NCBI RefSeq assembly: GCF_964204865.1
Contig: NC_135250.1
Location: 27,776,001-27,840,000, forward strand
DNA: 64,000 bases
Source of the DNA: Styela clava
Taxonomy: Eukaryota
Reading direction: 5' to 3'
Shown: piece after piece, positions 1 through 11,640 of the stretch
Numbering within the stretch: position 1 is the first letter of the stretch
How the letters are laid out: the number at the start of each line of letters is the position of its first letter
Made by a program: the position numbers and the translations under genes
Notes under the pieces: generated by a model
Database searches by the model: none
What the model was told of the DNA's origin: nothing
What the model saw: the letters and a program-made list of their open reading frames with translations, nothing else

Positions 1-169
1 AAATTGAAACAAAAATATGGCCAAATGGATAAATTTGTCTAATTTTGAGAACGTTCCCTCTTTGATCTTAATAACGTAACTTGCCATATTAAAATCACAG
101 TTCACAGTTCACCGTAGAATATCTCAGCAACAACGAATCTAGGAATTAGTATATTTATCACTATTACTA

Positions 170-375
170 TCGCGCCACTGATTACCCTGCTTGGGATCGC
201 AGGTTCGATTCCGTCGGGGAATAAATTTGTACAAGTGGATTGCTGGATTTCTCGCCGTCGTAGCGTCGTACGGTTCATCAACAAGTCCATACCGATAAAA
301 CAAATAAATGCCTGGCTGATTGAATAATACCCGACATGGACAGGTAACCAGACGAGTGGCGTGGTTCGCCATATG
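170..375 (+). mobile_element. tRNA-derived SINE-like element (degenerate)
   Basis: Pol III B-box-like GGTTCGATTCC at ~203-213. The body (ggattgctggatttctcgccgtcgtag ... ggtaacc ... gttcgccatatg) recurs at ~15640-15835 and ~42040-42240. No cloverleaf can be folded. Boundaries approximate. Confidence 0.5.
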
Positions 376-469
376 CTTGAGCCTCATTAGGGAAATACAG
401 CAAGCGAATCAACAAAAATATCAAAACTTTAAATAATGGTCTCATACCCCCGATGAGATATCGACCTAC

Positions 470-537
470 CTATACCATGAAGTTGATGTTCGGATTAGAA
501 GTCCAACGATGCAAATGAGTAAAATCCTTCCTTGCAT
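470..537 (-). CDS. Signal-peptide exon 1 of class C gene, copy C0 (rest of gene lies left of the window)
   Basis: ATG at 537 gives MQGRILLICIVGLLIRTSTSWY followed by an AG|gtaggt donor. It is paralogous to the 68-nt exons at 16314-16381, 42719-42786 and 60979-61046. Confidence 0.55.
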
Positions 538-669
538 TATGTAGATTATGATATATAAGTTCTTGCAAAAGAATCCACAACTGATTTATCTATACTTTTA
601 TAAGCTAGACGTAAGTCGCTAAACAAGAACATAAAAAATACAAAAGTTTTACTACTGCTTTTACCAAAT

Positions 670-735
670 TAATTATTTATTTATTATTTTATTAATATTT
701 ATTTATTATTATTATTTATTTATTTAATTTATCAA
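670..735. repeat. AT-only low-complexity (TTA/TTTA) tract
   Basis: Direct reading: aattatttatttattattttattaatatttatttattattattatttatttattt. Confidence 0.8.
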
Positions 736-914
736 TTTTTGAGTATTTATGTCTAATTTGCCTTACGTTGGAATGATAGCCTGCTTGTTTGGCCTAACGT
801 GCAACTAAGAAATCACAGGCGCCGTCTCACCAAGGTTGTAATATATATTCATTAGCATATGCTTGACAAAAAATTCCGGAATTTTTAAAACATAGCAGAT
901 CGCTGCGTATTACA

Positions 915-1765
915 AGCAAGATGGAAAATACCAATGGTAATTTAGGTGTCTTGATGATGATAGTCATTTTTCATCGACATATGGGCGCTGTTTTAGCGCT
1001 GATTTAAAGCAACGTGCGAAATATCAATGATATTTTTGGGGTGACTTGATGATGATAAACCATTCTCCACTGACATATGGGCACTGGTTAATCGCTGATT
1101 CAAAGCAAGGTGGGAAATACTGGTGCTAAATCAGGTGTCTTGATAATGATAAGTCATTTTCCACTGACATATGGGCGCTGGTTGATCGCGCCTCCGTCGT
1201 ATTTGTACGTAATTTGTAGGCATTTTCACTAGAACACAAATTTTATTAGAACAATTTTTACAATTTTTATTAGAACATTTATTAATAAATCAAAATTTGG
1301 TGTGGATTGAACATGATACGGCAATGCTATCGTCATATGATTTTTTCGCTATTTAATAGCAACAAGGATGCAGTTTAATAAAGGGGAACAACAACATCGT
1401 ATTTTTATATCACAGCAGCTCGCTGCGTATTCTAAGCAAGATGGGAAATACCAATGATAATTAGGTTGACTTAATGGTGATAAATCATTTTCCACTGACA
1501 TATGGGGGCTGATTCGAAGCGAGGTTGGAAATATCAAAGGTATTTTGGGTGACTTAATGACGATAAAACATTTAAAACTGTCATATGGACGCTGATTCGA
1601 AGCAAGGTGGAAAATATCTATGGTATTTTTGGGTGTCTTGATGTCTGATAAAGCATTTTCCACTGACATATGGGCGTTGATTCGAAGCAAGGTGGAAAAT
1701 AACAATGGTATTTTTGTGTGACTTATTGATGATAAAACATTTTCAACTGACATATGGGCGCCTGT
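915..1765. repeat. Diverged 84/85-bp satellite monomers (about 3 + 4 units)
   Basis: Repeated ctgacatatgggcg...aagcaaggtgg(g/a)aaata...ggtgtcttgatg...ataa motif, the same monomer as the 17390-20420 array. Confidence 0.85.
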
Positions 1766-2616
1766 TGATCGCTTCATCGCCGTATTTGTAGGCATTTTTA
1801 CTTCATTTTTTACTTTCAGTTTTCATTTTCATCACATCACATATTCTTCAATAAAATACGATAATCACAAAAGAGCTTCACCCACAAACAGTTCAAATTC
1901 GAATATTTGTTAACCAGCCATTATATGATTAATCACTCACTGGAGCAAATATGATGAATCATGATGTTTATTCACTTTGTGATTATAACATATTTCTGCG
2001 TCACAGTTTGCGTTAATAAGTGATTGTACAAGAAATATTCTGAAAATTGAAATCATTCCCAGAATAAGTTTCTTTGAAGGTTCATATAGAAACCGATCCT
2101 TGAACAAAAGAAAACTCATTTATATGTCACTTACATGCAAATATAATAAGTACAAGTTAAAGCCTAACTATGTATAAAAATATTTAGGAAAAAAATAGTG
2201 TTACATTCAAAAGTTTTTGAAAATTTAGTTCGAAAAGATTTTGTGAAATATAAAAAACGCGTATACATCGGTTGGGCTAAATATTAAGATGCACGCTCCT
2301 CGTTTTCCGTAGTTGTATTGTTAAATTAAAGTATTTTTGAGATAGAATGAATGCTATTGAATGATAAAATTCAGTATATGTACGTCACTTATATAACACG
2401 TGAAAAGAAAACCTAGATATATATATGTACAATAGTGTTCAAAGAGAGAAAAAGCCATTGGATAAAAGAAAACAGTGTAACAGATCAAAGTCTTCAGGAT
2501 TCTGTAAATTGATAAAGTTTGCTGTTACGCTAGTAACACTATATATTAAAAACACGTTTTTAGTTGTTCGAAGTAATATTATCAAATCTGAGTGTTTTGA
2601 GATACAATGAATGCAT

Positions 2617-5546
2617 CTACATATTATAAAGCACGTTGTCTACCATTTCTATTTCAGACTCAGCGTTTTTGGAAGTTTTTGCGTTTTTGTTGACGACGCT
2701 ATACATATCTTCAATGTTTTCGGGGTTGTTTGCTTCCTTTGTCTCCTCGTTCTCTTGCTGCATTTCGTTCTCTTGCTGCATTTCGTTCTCTTGTTGCATT
2801 TCGTTCTCTAGCTGCGGTTCCTTCTCTTGCTGCGGTTCAGATTCCAGAGACATTTTCGAGGTTGTAGACAATAATTGACGATACTTTGCCAGTTTGCGGT
2901 GAAATCTGCAACATATAAAGCAGAGATAACGACGAGCCTAAAGACGTACGAATGAGTGGTAGACTACTACTATTTATACTAACGTTGATATCAATTTTTG
3001 CTTGGAAGTGGTTCAAAAGTCGTTTATACATCACACACTTGAAATTTATCTTGTATCATTGGTATGAACTGAACTATACTTCCTACAATTTGTAAAAAGG
3101 TTACCAAGTTATTAAAAAATTTTTAAAAGAATTCAGCGCTGTTTGTAAAAATTTGAGGCTGGAACCAAGCAGAATTGAAAAAACTCAAGGATGGCTGATT
3201 ACCTCAATGTTAGGGTGATTATGAGAAGTACTGCTAAACCAAGCAAGACTGTTGGAACAATGATCAAAATTGTGTTATTCTTTGTATTACAGTTTCCATC
3301 AAAACCGTTGGATGTTTTTAAACTTTCTTCACCCGTAGACACTGGAATTAATGTTATGTCATTTTGTGTATTGTTCATCAAATAAACAGGTTGAGTTTCC
3401 GTCGGCCCATTCTCTGAATTTGTTGTGTGATAGTTAGGTGTGGTGGGAACATTATTCCTTGCCGTAGTTTGTTGATGTTCTGCAAATAGGTACCGTTCAG
3501 TTTTATTGGTGGTAACTCTTTTTTATATTCAAGTATGTGCATATATCAAAAATCGCCTCTAAATTTAAGATTTATATAAGAAATTATGGTATCAAATATT
3601 TAAAAGTTTTCTTTTGAAAAGTGCGTTTGTCTCGTTTTCATTAATCTAAAATTACATTCCCTAATGTAATTATTGACTAGTTGAGTATGCTAATGTACTG
3701 TATATTTAAAATATTGTATATACTTTACTATTCTACAGAATTAGCAAATTATATTATTGTTGCAGCTCCGCAAGCATACAAGTTACTTCCCTAAAAAATA
3801 TATGTTTTTAGTTTTCGCGGTTATAATATTTTCTACTTCAGATTACTGCAGAAGTTGAAAGAGGCTAATTAAATTTGCTTATACCTAATTTGTTGCTTTT
3901 ACCTGTGTTGTTTAATATTCCGTATATTGAAAAGATGGAGAATTCTTGAAACTTATGAGAGTATCCATTCTCTGTTGTATATGTTAAATTAAGTGGAAAA
4001 ACTTTATTTTTAATAATATGATGGTGTATCCCATTACATCCGTCAGTAATAATTTCATCAGATACAGTTTTTGTGGCAAAAAGGAAACAGCCGTTGAGTT
4101 TGGAATCACACAGTTCTGTATCGACTAATCCAGCTGAAACATAGTGCTTAGTTGTTGCCTTTACATGATAACACCTCCTATAATTTACCATATACGGCAC
4201 TAATGTGAGTATCGGGTCTTAATTTCACATATTGTATCCGATATATTGGTTACCTATGTAGAGATATCGACAATAAAACAGCATATCGCAAGCAACGTTC
4301 GTTGTATTAAACAAATAAAGTGATACATTCTATGACTGCTAATATGATGAATGGCGGGAACATTATCACTTGTAATTTTGAGGGAAATAATTTATTCTTT
4401 CGAAGTTTGAAATACGTAACTGAGACTAACACATTTGTAATTCCTAATTAACGCAACAGGAGGTCATAAAGACAACTATTAAACTATTAAAAACTAGAAA
4501 AGTAGTGCATTTCAGCAACGTATAACACATAAACATGTTTCGAGAGAAATAACCACATGATGAAACAAAATTACCTGGAGACAAATTAATCGAAACAAGC
4601 CTTGAAGGCGAATACAAAACAATATTTTTATATTAAATAAAAGTTGCTTAATTGTTACAAATAAACACAAAAAATATATTCACTTTGAATACCAGTAATT
4701 TTCAGAGATCCAATGCACTGACTGGTTTGACTGAGATTATTTTTAGTAATTTTAACTAACAAGAAGCTGTTAACAGATGTGCAACTATCGGTTTTGAATT
4801 CCCAAATACTGTGAATATCCCCTACTCTTCTGAAAAATAAATTTTTAAAATGACTATTCAAACTATATTTTCATGTTCATATAAAGCTGAGTAATCATAA
4901 AATTTTATTTCATCATTTTTTAAAGTTTTTCTAAGTTTTACATCATTATGTTGATTATTATTCATGTTGATTTTTTTATAGAACTGGATGCTTTATTTGC
5001 ATCAATTTTCATCAAAACTTAATCAAAAATAGAGAAATGTTTACTTTACACTTGCTCCTACTTCAGGTGTAGAACATAAATCAACGTTAATCTGACTCAG
5101 ACCAATAGATTGGTGAAGAATTGCTGCCACTATCGGATAACAAAAAGGAATATTAATTGCGTTGAATATTTTTTCTCAGACCAACAAGTCATAAATCCGA
5201 TCTGAGTGTTTGGGTTTTAAATACGGGGTTTGAGCTTTAATTAAAGATGAGTTCGTTACTGTAAACGTACAGTTATATACAGTGCTAATGTAAACTATCT
5301 CACTTGGTGCTAATATATTATAAATAAAAAGTCAATATTGAAAAATTCATATCACTCACTCTAGAAAATTCGGAATTTATTCAAATTTGAATGAGGCATT
5401 TTAACTCAACAAATTTATTCACCGTACTTATCGAAGTAGACAACATTTATTCACTTATATACATTATTGAGAGTCACTAATGAAAAATTATATATATAAA
5501 CAAATTACTCACCTATAAGTAACAATACCCGCGTATTGAAATGCAT
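2617..5546 (-). CDS. Class A receptor A1: type-I membrane protein with signal peptide, CUB-like ectodomain, Thr-rich stalk, TM and Q/E-rich Tyr-motif tail (~350 aa, apparently intact)
   Basis: Six exons, all GT-AG and phase-consistent (1,2,1,1,2): 5546-5513, 5129-5045, 4829-4693, 4133-3903, 3479-3203, 2905-2617, totalling 1053 nt. Starts MHFNTRVLLLIVAAILHQSIG; TM ILIIVPTVLLGLAVLLIITLTL; tail ends EDMYSVVNK...MVDNVLYNM*. The exon 3 donor could alternatively be 9 nt further (4684). Confidence 0.85.
2745..2835 (-). repeat. Coding 18-nt minisatellite (QQENEM-type units) in the class A tail
   Basis: Tandem catttcgttctcttgctg units on the + strand; variant arrays are present in A2, A3 and A4. Confidence 0.85.
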
Positions 5547-6313
5547 GTTTTTCAAATATGTCAGCTCCCGTCTCTTGCAACTACACCGAAGAACTTCATA
5601 TGGTTATTCCAAAGTATATATTCGAAAACGTAAATGTCGGCCAAGGCAACAGTTGTTACGCATGCGTTCATCTGAGTACCCATGTACCTATTCATTTATT
5701 ACGTGTACTGAAGCAATGAATAATGAATGCCAAATGCAGACACGTAATGGTAAAGTACGTTCTATGTTCATTAGTAATGTGAGATATCACTGCCTCGTGC
5801 ACGAACGATCATCTGCAACAGTATACTAAGGTTCGTTTTTTGAAATCATGATCTGACTAATGTAAACCAATGATTGAGATCGAGTCTTCCGAACACAATT
5901 TTGAATCGGAAATATTGCTAATTTAGTTCCTGAACACTTTGGATATTTTTAATTTACTTAGATTACTCTTCACCCATTATGTATTATTAAAGTGAATTGG
6001 CCAAATTATTAACACTGATATGAAACAAGAGAGCGATGGTCAAATATATGAACACGAAATGGTACAGGTATTCAATTTGTCACAATTTGGCACCGTATTA
6101 AAGCTGAGCACATATTTTAACTTACGCAAAAGCAAAACCATCACAAGGAGTGCAATTTTTAATTTTGACGACGTCATCGCACACAAAAAATAAGTCTCAT
6201 AGAGACCACACATACTTTTGAGAAAGAGCAATGCCCAAATATGTGGCCGGAAAGGTTGGTATTGGTACTGGTAGGGTAAGTCTTAAGCTTAGCAGGACTT
6301 TGACTGAAAGATT

Positions 6314-7262
6314 ATTCTATATGAAATAGATATTGATAAAATGAGATATAACTTGTAATCTTAATTGTAATCTCAGAATATAACGTTCAGATTAAGATTA
6401 TTTTTAATCGCATATTAAACATCAATAGAAAGTGATGAATCGCGTGACTTCTCAAATTACGTTAAGTATTTCGTTATCATGGTTTCGTTTTCTGATCACT
6501 ATGAAGAAGCAATTTATGTACCTATTGCTCTCAGAACATAATGACAATATTTCATGTTAAAAATAAGAAATTTTTTTTATCTTTGGATATCACAGGCCTG
6601 CAGTAAAATTAAAACGGCTATTCAGTGATCTCCAGGAACATTTATTAACATGTTATTCGTGAAATTCTGCTTAAGTATGCTATTATTCCTGATAGAATTT
6701 AATTTAAAATATGCGACAATATATAATTATATGAATCAAAAGAAAAATGTTGAAACAAATTAGTGTTTGTTCATGGCAAAAATCGTTATCAATTAACTTA
6801 TGTGTCTGTAGGTATGTTCTTAGATATACAATTATATTTTTTGTTGGCTTGATTGATTAGGATTCCAAAGTTGAAACACAAGATCACAATAATTTACGTC
6901 CATGCTTTCTAATAATTGTTTGTTATAAAGTTGCTCTTTGAGTTTCTATAAATTACAATTCAGATCCGGGAAAGAAAGGACGATGTGCCGCACTATCATT
7001 CCAGGTTAAATAAAAATATCTCTTTGCAACTAAAATGTTTTCCCACATTTGTAATTGAGCCAGCATTTGATCATGCAAACCCACAAGATGCCAGATCGCC
7101 AATACATTTTTTCAATATTTAAAATTATGCAGTGAGATAGTCGTTGCAGACAAGCGTTTAATATGCGATTAAAAATAATCTTAATCTGAACGTTATAGTT
7201 TGAGATTACAATTAAGATTACAAGTTATATTTAATTTTATCAATATCTATTTTATATAGAAT
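6314..7262. repeat. ~105-bp inverted repeat pair (6314-6420 / 7156-7262) with a locally inverted segment
   Basis: 6314-6420 is the near reverse complement of 7156-7262. 6421-6888 is inverted relative to the paralogous spacer at ~33200-33710 and ~50957-51470. Confidence 0.8.
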
Positions 7263-7564
7263 AGATGAAAATATTTACAAAATAATAAAAAAGTTTAAAT
7301 TCAATTGAAAATGTATACAGCAATTTACATATAAAATTGTTTAAGCCAAAACTCTTTTTTTCTAAAGGTATATCAAATATATATTTATTACACACTATAC
7401 TTTCCCAAATTTCTCTATGTCTACAGTCTTCTAGACATTTAACTTGGCTCATTTAAATTTCAAGTTAAATGAGAACAAATACTGAATGAAATGGCAAAAT
7501 AAAATACACGAAGGAGTACATGGAACATCAAAATAGTCTCTAAAATACGTATTGAGAAAAAAGG

Positions 7565-7805
7565 GGTACTTCCGTAGTATGTGCAACAAGATGGTGGACA
7601 CCGGAACGCAGTATGTGTATCAGGTTAGAGTTAGGCATTAATTCAGGTACAAATACTACACGAGTCACGGGCTACAGGCTAGTCCCCGAACTCATAATAG
7701 AGCTAAAATAAGGAAAATTGGAATAAAATGATGGTCTAACCCTAGCCTGGTACACATACTATGTTCAGGTGTCCGACATCTTGTTACACATACCACAGGA
7801 GAACC
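7565..7805. mobile_element. MITE with long (~70-bp) terminal inverted repeats containing GGTTAG-like motifs
   Basis: The left arm ttccgtagtatgtgcaacaagatggtggacaccggaac...caggttag mirrors the right arm ctaaccctagcctggtacacatactatgttcaggtgtccgacatcttgttacacatac. It lies 3' of each complete class B gene. Confidence 0.75.
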
Positions 7806-7968
7806 AAAAAAGGAATCTTAACTCAGGTTGCTAAAGTTAGCTGTTAAATATATGTATGATCATATTGTTTGTCTATACTCTATTATAGCAAGGTCTGACA
7901 GTGAATGACGTGAAGAAGAACTTAAAGAATGTTTAAGAAATAAACAGGTAGGTAGGTATAAGGTAAAG

Positions 7969-10900
7969 TCAATATTCAATATCATGATACGGGTAAAAAT
8001 TAGTCGGTTCGTATACAGATGATCCATAAGGTTGTTGCAATGAATCGCTCGTTAAATATTTAATCTGATGCCTTGGATCGGGATGAGAAGTCATTGCAGA
8101 ATGCTCGTGACAAATAGGCAATTCGTATCCAGAAGTTTCGGTAGAGCTGGTTGTCTTTGATTGTTTAATAGTGTTGTTTTCGTAGATTCCGTGTTCACAT
8201 TCAAACTGAGCTTTTGACATATTTGTCATACTTGGTTTCTCATTATTCCGGATAGCAGTTGTATTCCTGTTGTTTTTCATCCTAAAATAATAAAAAAAAG
8301 TGTAGATTTTCAAGCTTCGGTGGTATCTCAATTTTTTGCAAGTCTATCTATTTCGGCGCCTGAGCCATGTAGATACAACAGTGATGCGAACATTTCGACA
8401 ATGCTAACGAAAGCAAGTTCGACAATTAATGAATTTAATGTTTCTTGATTATGATTTTGACCTACTACTACCGATCCCTGATGTCGTACTAACAACTCAA
8501 CCACTTTTGAATCAGCTAAAAATAATACCTCTCTAACACAGTTTATATTATTCAAAATAGAAAATCCATTTTTTTAAAACTGCTTTGTTGATATGTGATA
8601 CGAATACCCATATGGACATCTGAAAGCCGTTAGATTACGAGAGTTTCCAGATTCGAAAACAATAGGAAATAATTTGGATGCTAGCTCTTTTAAATCAATG
8701 CCCTTGTCTGTGCAACAGACACATGTGTGACATCACGATGACCAGTGTTCACCAAAATACGCGTAAAACATAGAATGAGCATTTTAGTTAAGCGTTAATA
8801 AAATGACATATGAGCCACAATAAAATATGAGCCACGCTACAAAAACGAAATGTTGCAACTGCGCGAGAAGGAGATTTTACTGCGCAAATGTTCTGGTGGT
8901 ACTGCGCAATTGCGCAATTGCGCAGCTTAGAGGGAACCTTGCTGATGTGTAATGCGGATATTTATATGAACATCAGAAAGCGGGCAGAGTCCGAGAGGAG
9001 TCCTTGTTTGTAAAATGTTTATCCAACATCCAATAGTGATTTGAATCTTACCTGTTAGCAAGAACAATGATAATGATCACTGCATTAACGAAAAGAATGC
9101 CAAGTACAATAGTAGAGATGAAGAGGATTTTATAAGTTTCTCTGCCAAAGTCGTTGCTACTGGTAGTTGGTTTTGTTAATTTCTCAACTTCAGTTTGTTC
9201 AAACGACGAAGATGTTGCGTCATTTGGGGATAGGTGCCTGTTGCCTTTAGTAGTTGCATTTTCATCATCTTTAAAAGCTGCAAAGTTTATATAATTCACC
9301 ATATTTGATTAATAACATTCATTACAACATTCTCAATTCTGATATTGACAGCATTAAAGTTTAGGAGATAAAATTCACACGAATTTTAATTTTGTTCTAT
9401 TTAATTTTTTCCTAAAGTATTTTGTCGATTTTAGTAAAGCCTGAAAATGTGTTTGTCATTTTATTTATATTATACAAAAGCAATAACTAAGTCGTGCTAA
9501 TGAATGATCGCTCAAAACGCCATAACTATTCAGTTTGGTCTAAATTAGAATAAATTCCTTGTTTATCATTAGCTTATTTGTTTTACCTTTGCTGCTTGTT
9601 TTTACATATATTGAAGGAATGCGAAAATCTTGGAAATGATCATAGAAACCATCCTCTGTCTTATAAGTAATATTTACTGTAAATATATTGCCTTCAATGA
9701 TATGAGGAAATACCCTAGCACATCTATGGGTAATAGTTTCATTATTCAAATTTTTTGGAGTAAAAGGGAAACAGTCGTTTGGTTGGGAATCACGTAGTTC
9801 TGTGCTAATTCGATGAAAAAATTTGCTATTTGCTGTACGGAGCATTTTATATAAATAGATTGATAAACATTGAATACAATAGGAAGAACTTAAGTTGAAA
9901 GAGACTAATTATATTCGCTTATACCTAATTTGTTGCTTTTACCCGCGCTGTTTAATATCCGGTGTATTAACTGGATATTGAATTCTTGTACTTCACGAGA
10001 GTAACCATCTCCTGTCTTATATGTCAAATTAATTGGAAAAACATTATCTCCAATGATAGGCATCCGTCAGTAATAGATTCATCAGATACAGTTTTTGAGG
10101 CGAAAAGGAAACATTCGTTGAGTTTGGAATCACACAGTTCTGTATCCACTAATCCAGCTGAAACATAGTGATCAATTGGTGACTTTACACAACAGTACAT
10201 AAAATACCTCCTATAATTTACCATATACGACACTAATTTGAGTATCGGGCCCTAATTTCACATATTATATACGATATATTGGTTACCTACGTGGAGATCT
10301 CGACAAAAAAACTGCAAATCCCAAATATATTTCGGTTTTTTTTAAACAGACAAAGTGGTACATTCTATTAGTGTTTATATGGTTAATGGTGGGAACATTA
10401 TCGCTTGTAATTTTGAGGGGAATTTATTTATTTTTGCGAAATTTGATGTGCATAACGGAGACTAACACAGTTGTGATTCCTAATTAACGCAACAGCAGAT
10501 CATAAAAACAACTATTAACCTTTAAAAACTATATAAGTTGTGCATTTATGCAACGTATAACACATAAACATGTTTTGAGAGAAATAACCACATGATGAAA
10601 TAAAATTACCAGGACACAAATCAATCGAAACAAGCCTTAAAGGCGGATACAAAACTATATTTTTATAATAAATTAAAGTTGTTTAATTGTTACAAATAAA
10701 CACGAAAAATGTATTCACTTTGATTACCAGTAATTTTCAGAGATCCAATGCACTGACTGTTTTGATTGAGATTATTTTCAGTAATTTTAACTAACAAGAC
10801 GCTGTTAACATATGTGCAACTATCGGTTTTGAATTTCCAAATACTGTATGTATCCCCTATTCTTCTGAAAAATACAATTTAAAAATGACTATTTAATCTA

Positions 10901-11640
10901 TATTTTTATGTTCGTATACGGCTGGGTAATCATGAAACTTCATTTCATAATTTTTAATAGTTTACCAAAATAAAATGGTTCTAGATTATTCATCATTCTG
11001 TTGATTATTATTCATGTTCAATTTAAATTTTATTGGATTGGATGCTTTATTTGTATCAATTTGTTATCAAAACTTAATCAAAAAATAGAGAATTGTTTAT
11101 ACCTAAAACTTGCTCCTGATATAGGGGTAGAACATAAATCAACGTTAATCTGGTTCTGGCCAATAGATTGGTGAAGTATTGCTGCCACTATATATTAACA
11201 AGAAAGAATATTAGTTATGTTGAATATTTTCCCTCAGAACCGACAAGTCATAAATCCGCTCTATGGGTTTGAGTTTAAAATACGCGTCATATTATTAAAG
11301 ATGACTCAGTCAAGTCTGCGAGCAGTTATATGCAAGTGCAGATGTCAACTGTTTCACTTAGTACTAATTAGTTATATATTTGTTAAAAAAGTTATAAAAC
11401 GTTGAAGTTCCGATTTTCTCAAAACCTCGATGGATTTCTAGATTTCATATCATTCACTCAAAATGGTTTTGGATTCATTCAAATTTGAATGAAGCATTTT
11501 AACTCCACAAATTTATTCACTGTACGTAGTGAAGTAAATAAAACATATCCACTTATCTACATTATTGAGAGTAACTAATGAAAAATGATACGAACTAATT
11601 ACTCACCTATAAATAACAATACGCGCGTGGAAAGATGCAT
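7969..11640 (-). CDS. Class B receptor B1 (~346 aa only if exon 4b is used; exon 4a is frameshifted)
   Basis: Exons 11640-11607, 11187-11103, 10864-10728, 4a 10157-9943 (215 nt, net 16-nt deletion), 4b 9832-9587 (246 nt, open, AG/GT intact), 9277-9052 (stalk + TM ILFISTIVLGILFVNAVIIIIVLA), 8281-7969 (tail IYENN, GYELP, VYEPT, PYHDIEY*). Confidence 0.7.
8716..9001. mobile_element. B1-specific intronic insertion containing a probable hAT-type fragment
   Basis: Absent from the same intron in B2-B5. It is flanked by an imperfect duplication ccttgtctgtgcaa / ccttgtttgtaaaa. The internal ends cagtgttc... and ...ttagagggaaccttg resemble hAT TIRs. Confidence 0.45.

Noticed and set aside
170-230. tRNA gene
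   Set aside because: Only a B-box-like motif is present; no acceptor or anticodon stems, and the flank matches an interspersed SINE-like repeat.
4134-4200. Start codons and N-terminal parts of exon-4 ORFs (MPYMVNYRR..., MYYNVRAP...)
   Set aside because: This stretch has frame-changing indels between copies and lies upstream of the conserved cag|CTGGA acceptor, so it is intron.
4575-4600. Possible 26-nt micro-exon in intron 3 (aag|GCTTG...CCAG|gtaatt)
   Set aside because: Inclusion would break the frame between exon 3 (phase 1) and exon 4; its conservation is explained by recent duplication.
8328-8555. Recurrent open frame in class B intron 5 (NNINCVREVLFLADSKVV...), also at 25418, 35094 and 53696
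   Set aside because: No phase-2-compatible splice sites were found; it is interrupted by a hAT element in B5 and partly deleted in B3. It cannot be fully excluded without RNA data.
2617-11640. Naming the genes as fester, FcoR, Alr or another known receptor
   Set aside because: The organisation is analogous, but I see no sushi or Ig signature and cannot run a homology search, so no gene symbol is given.
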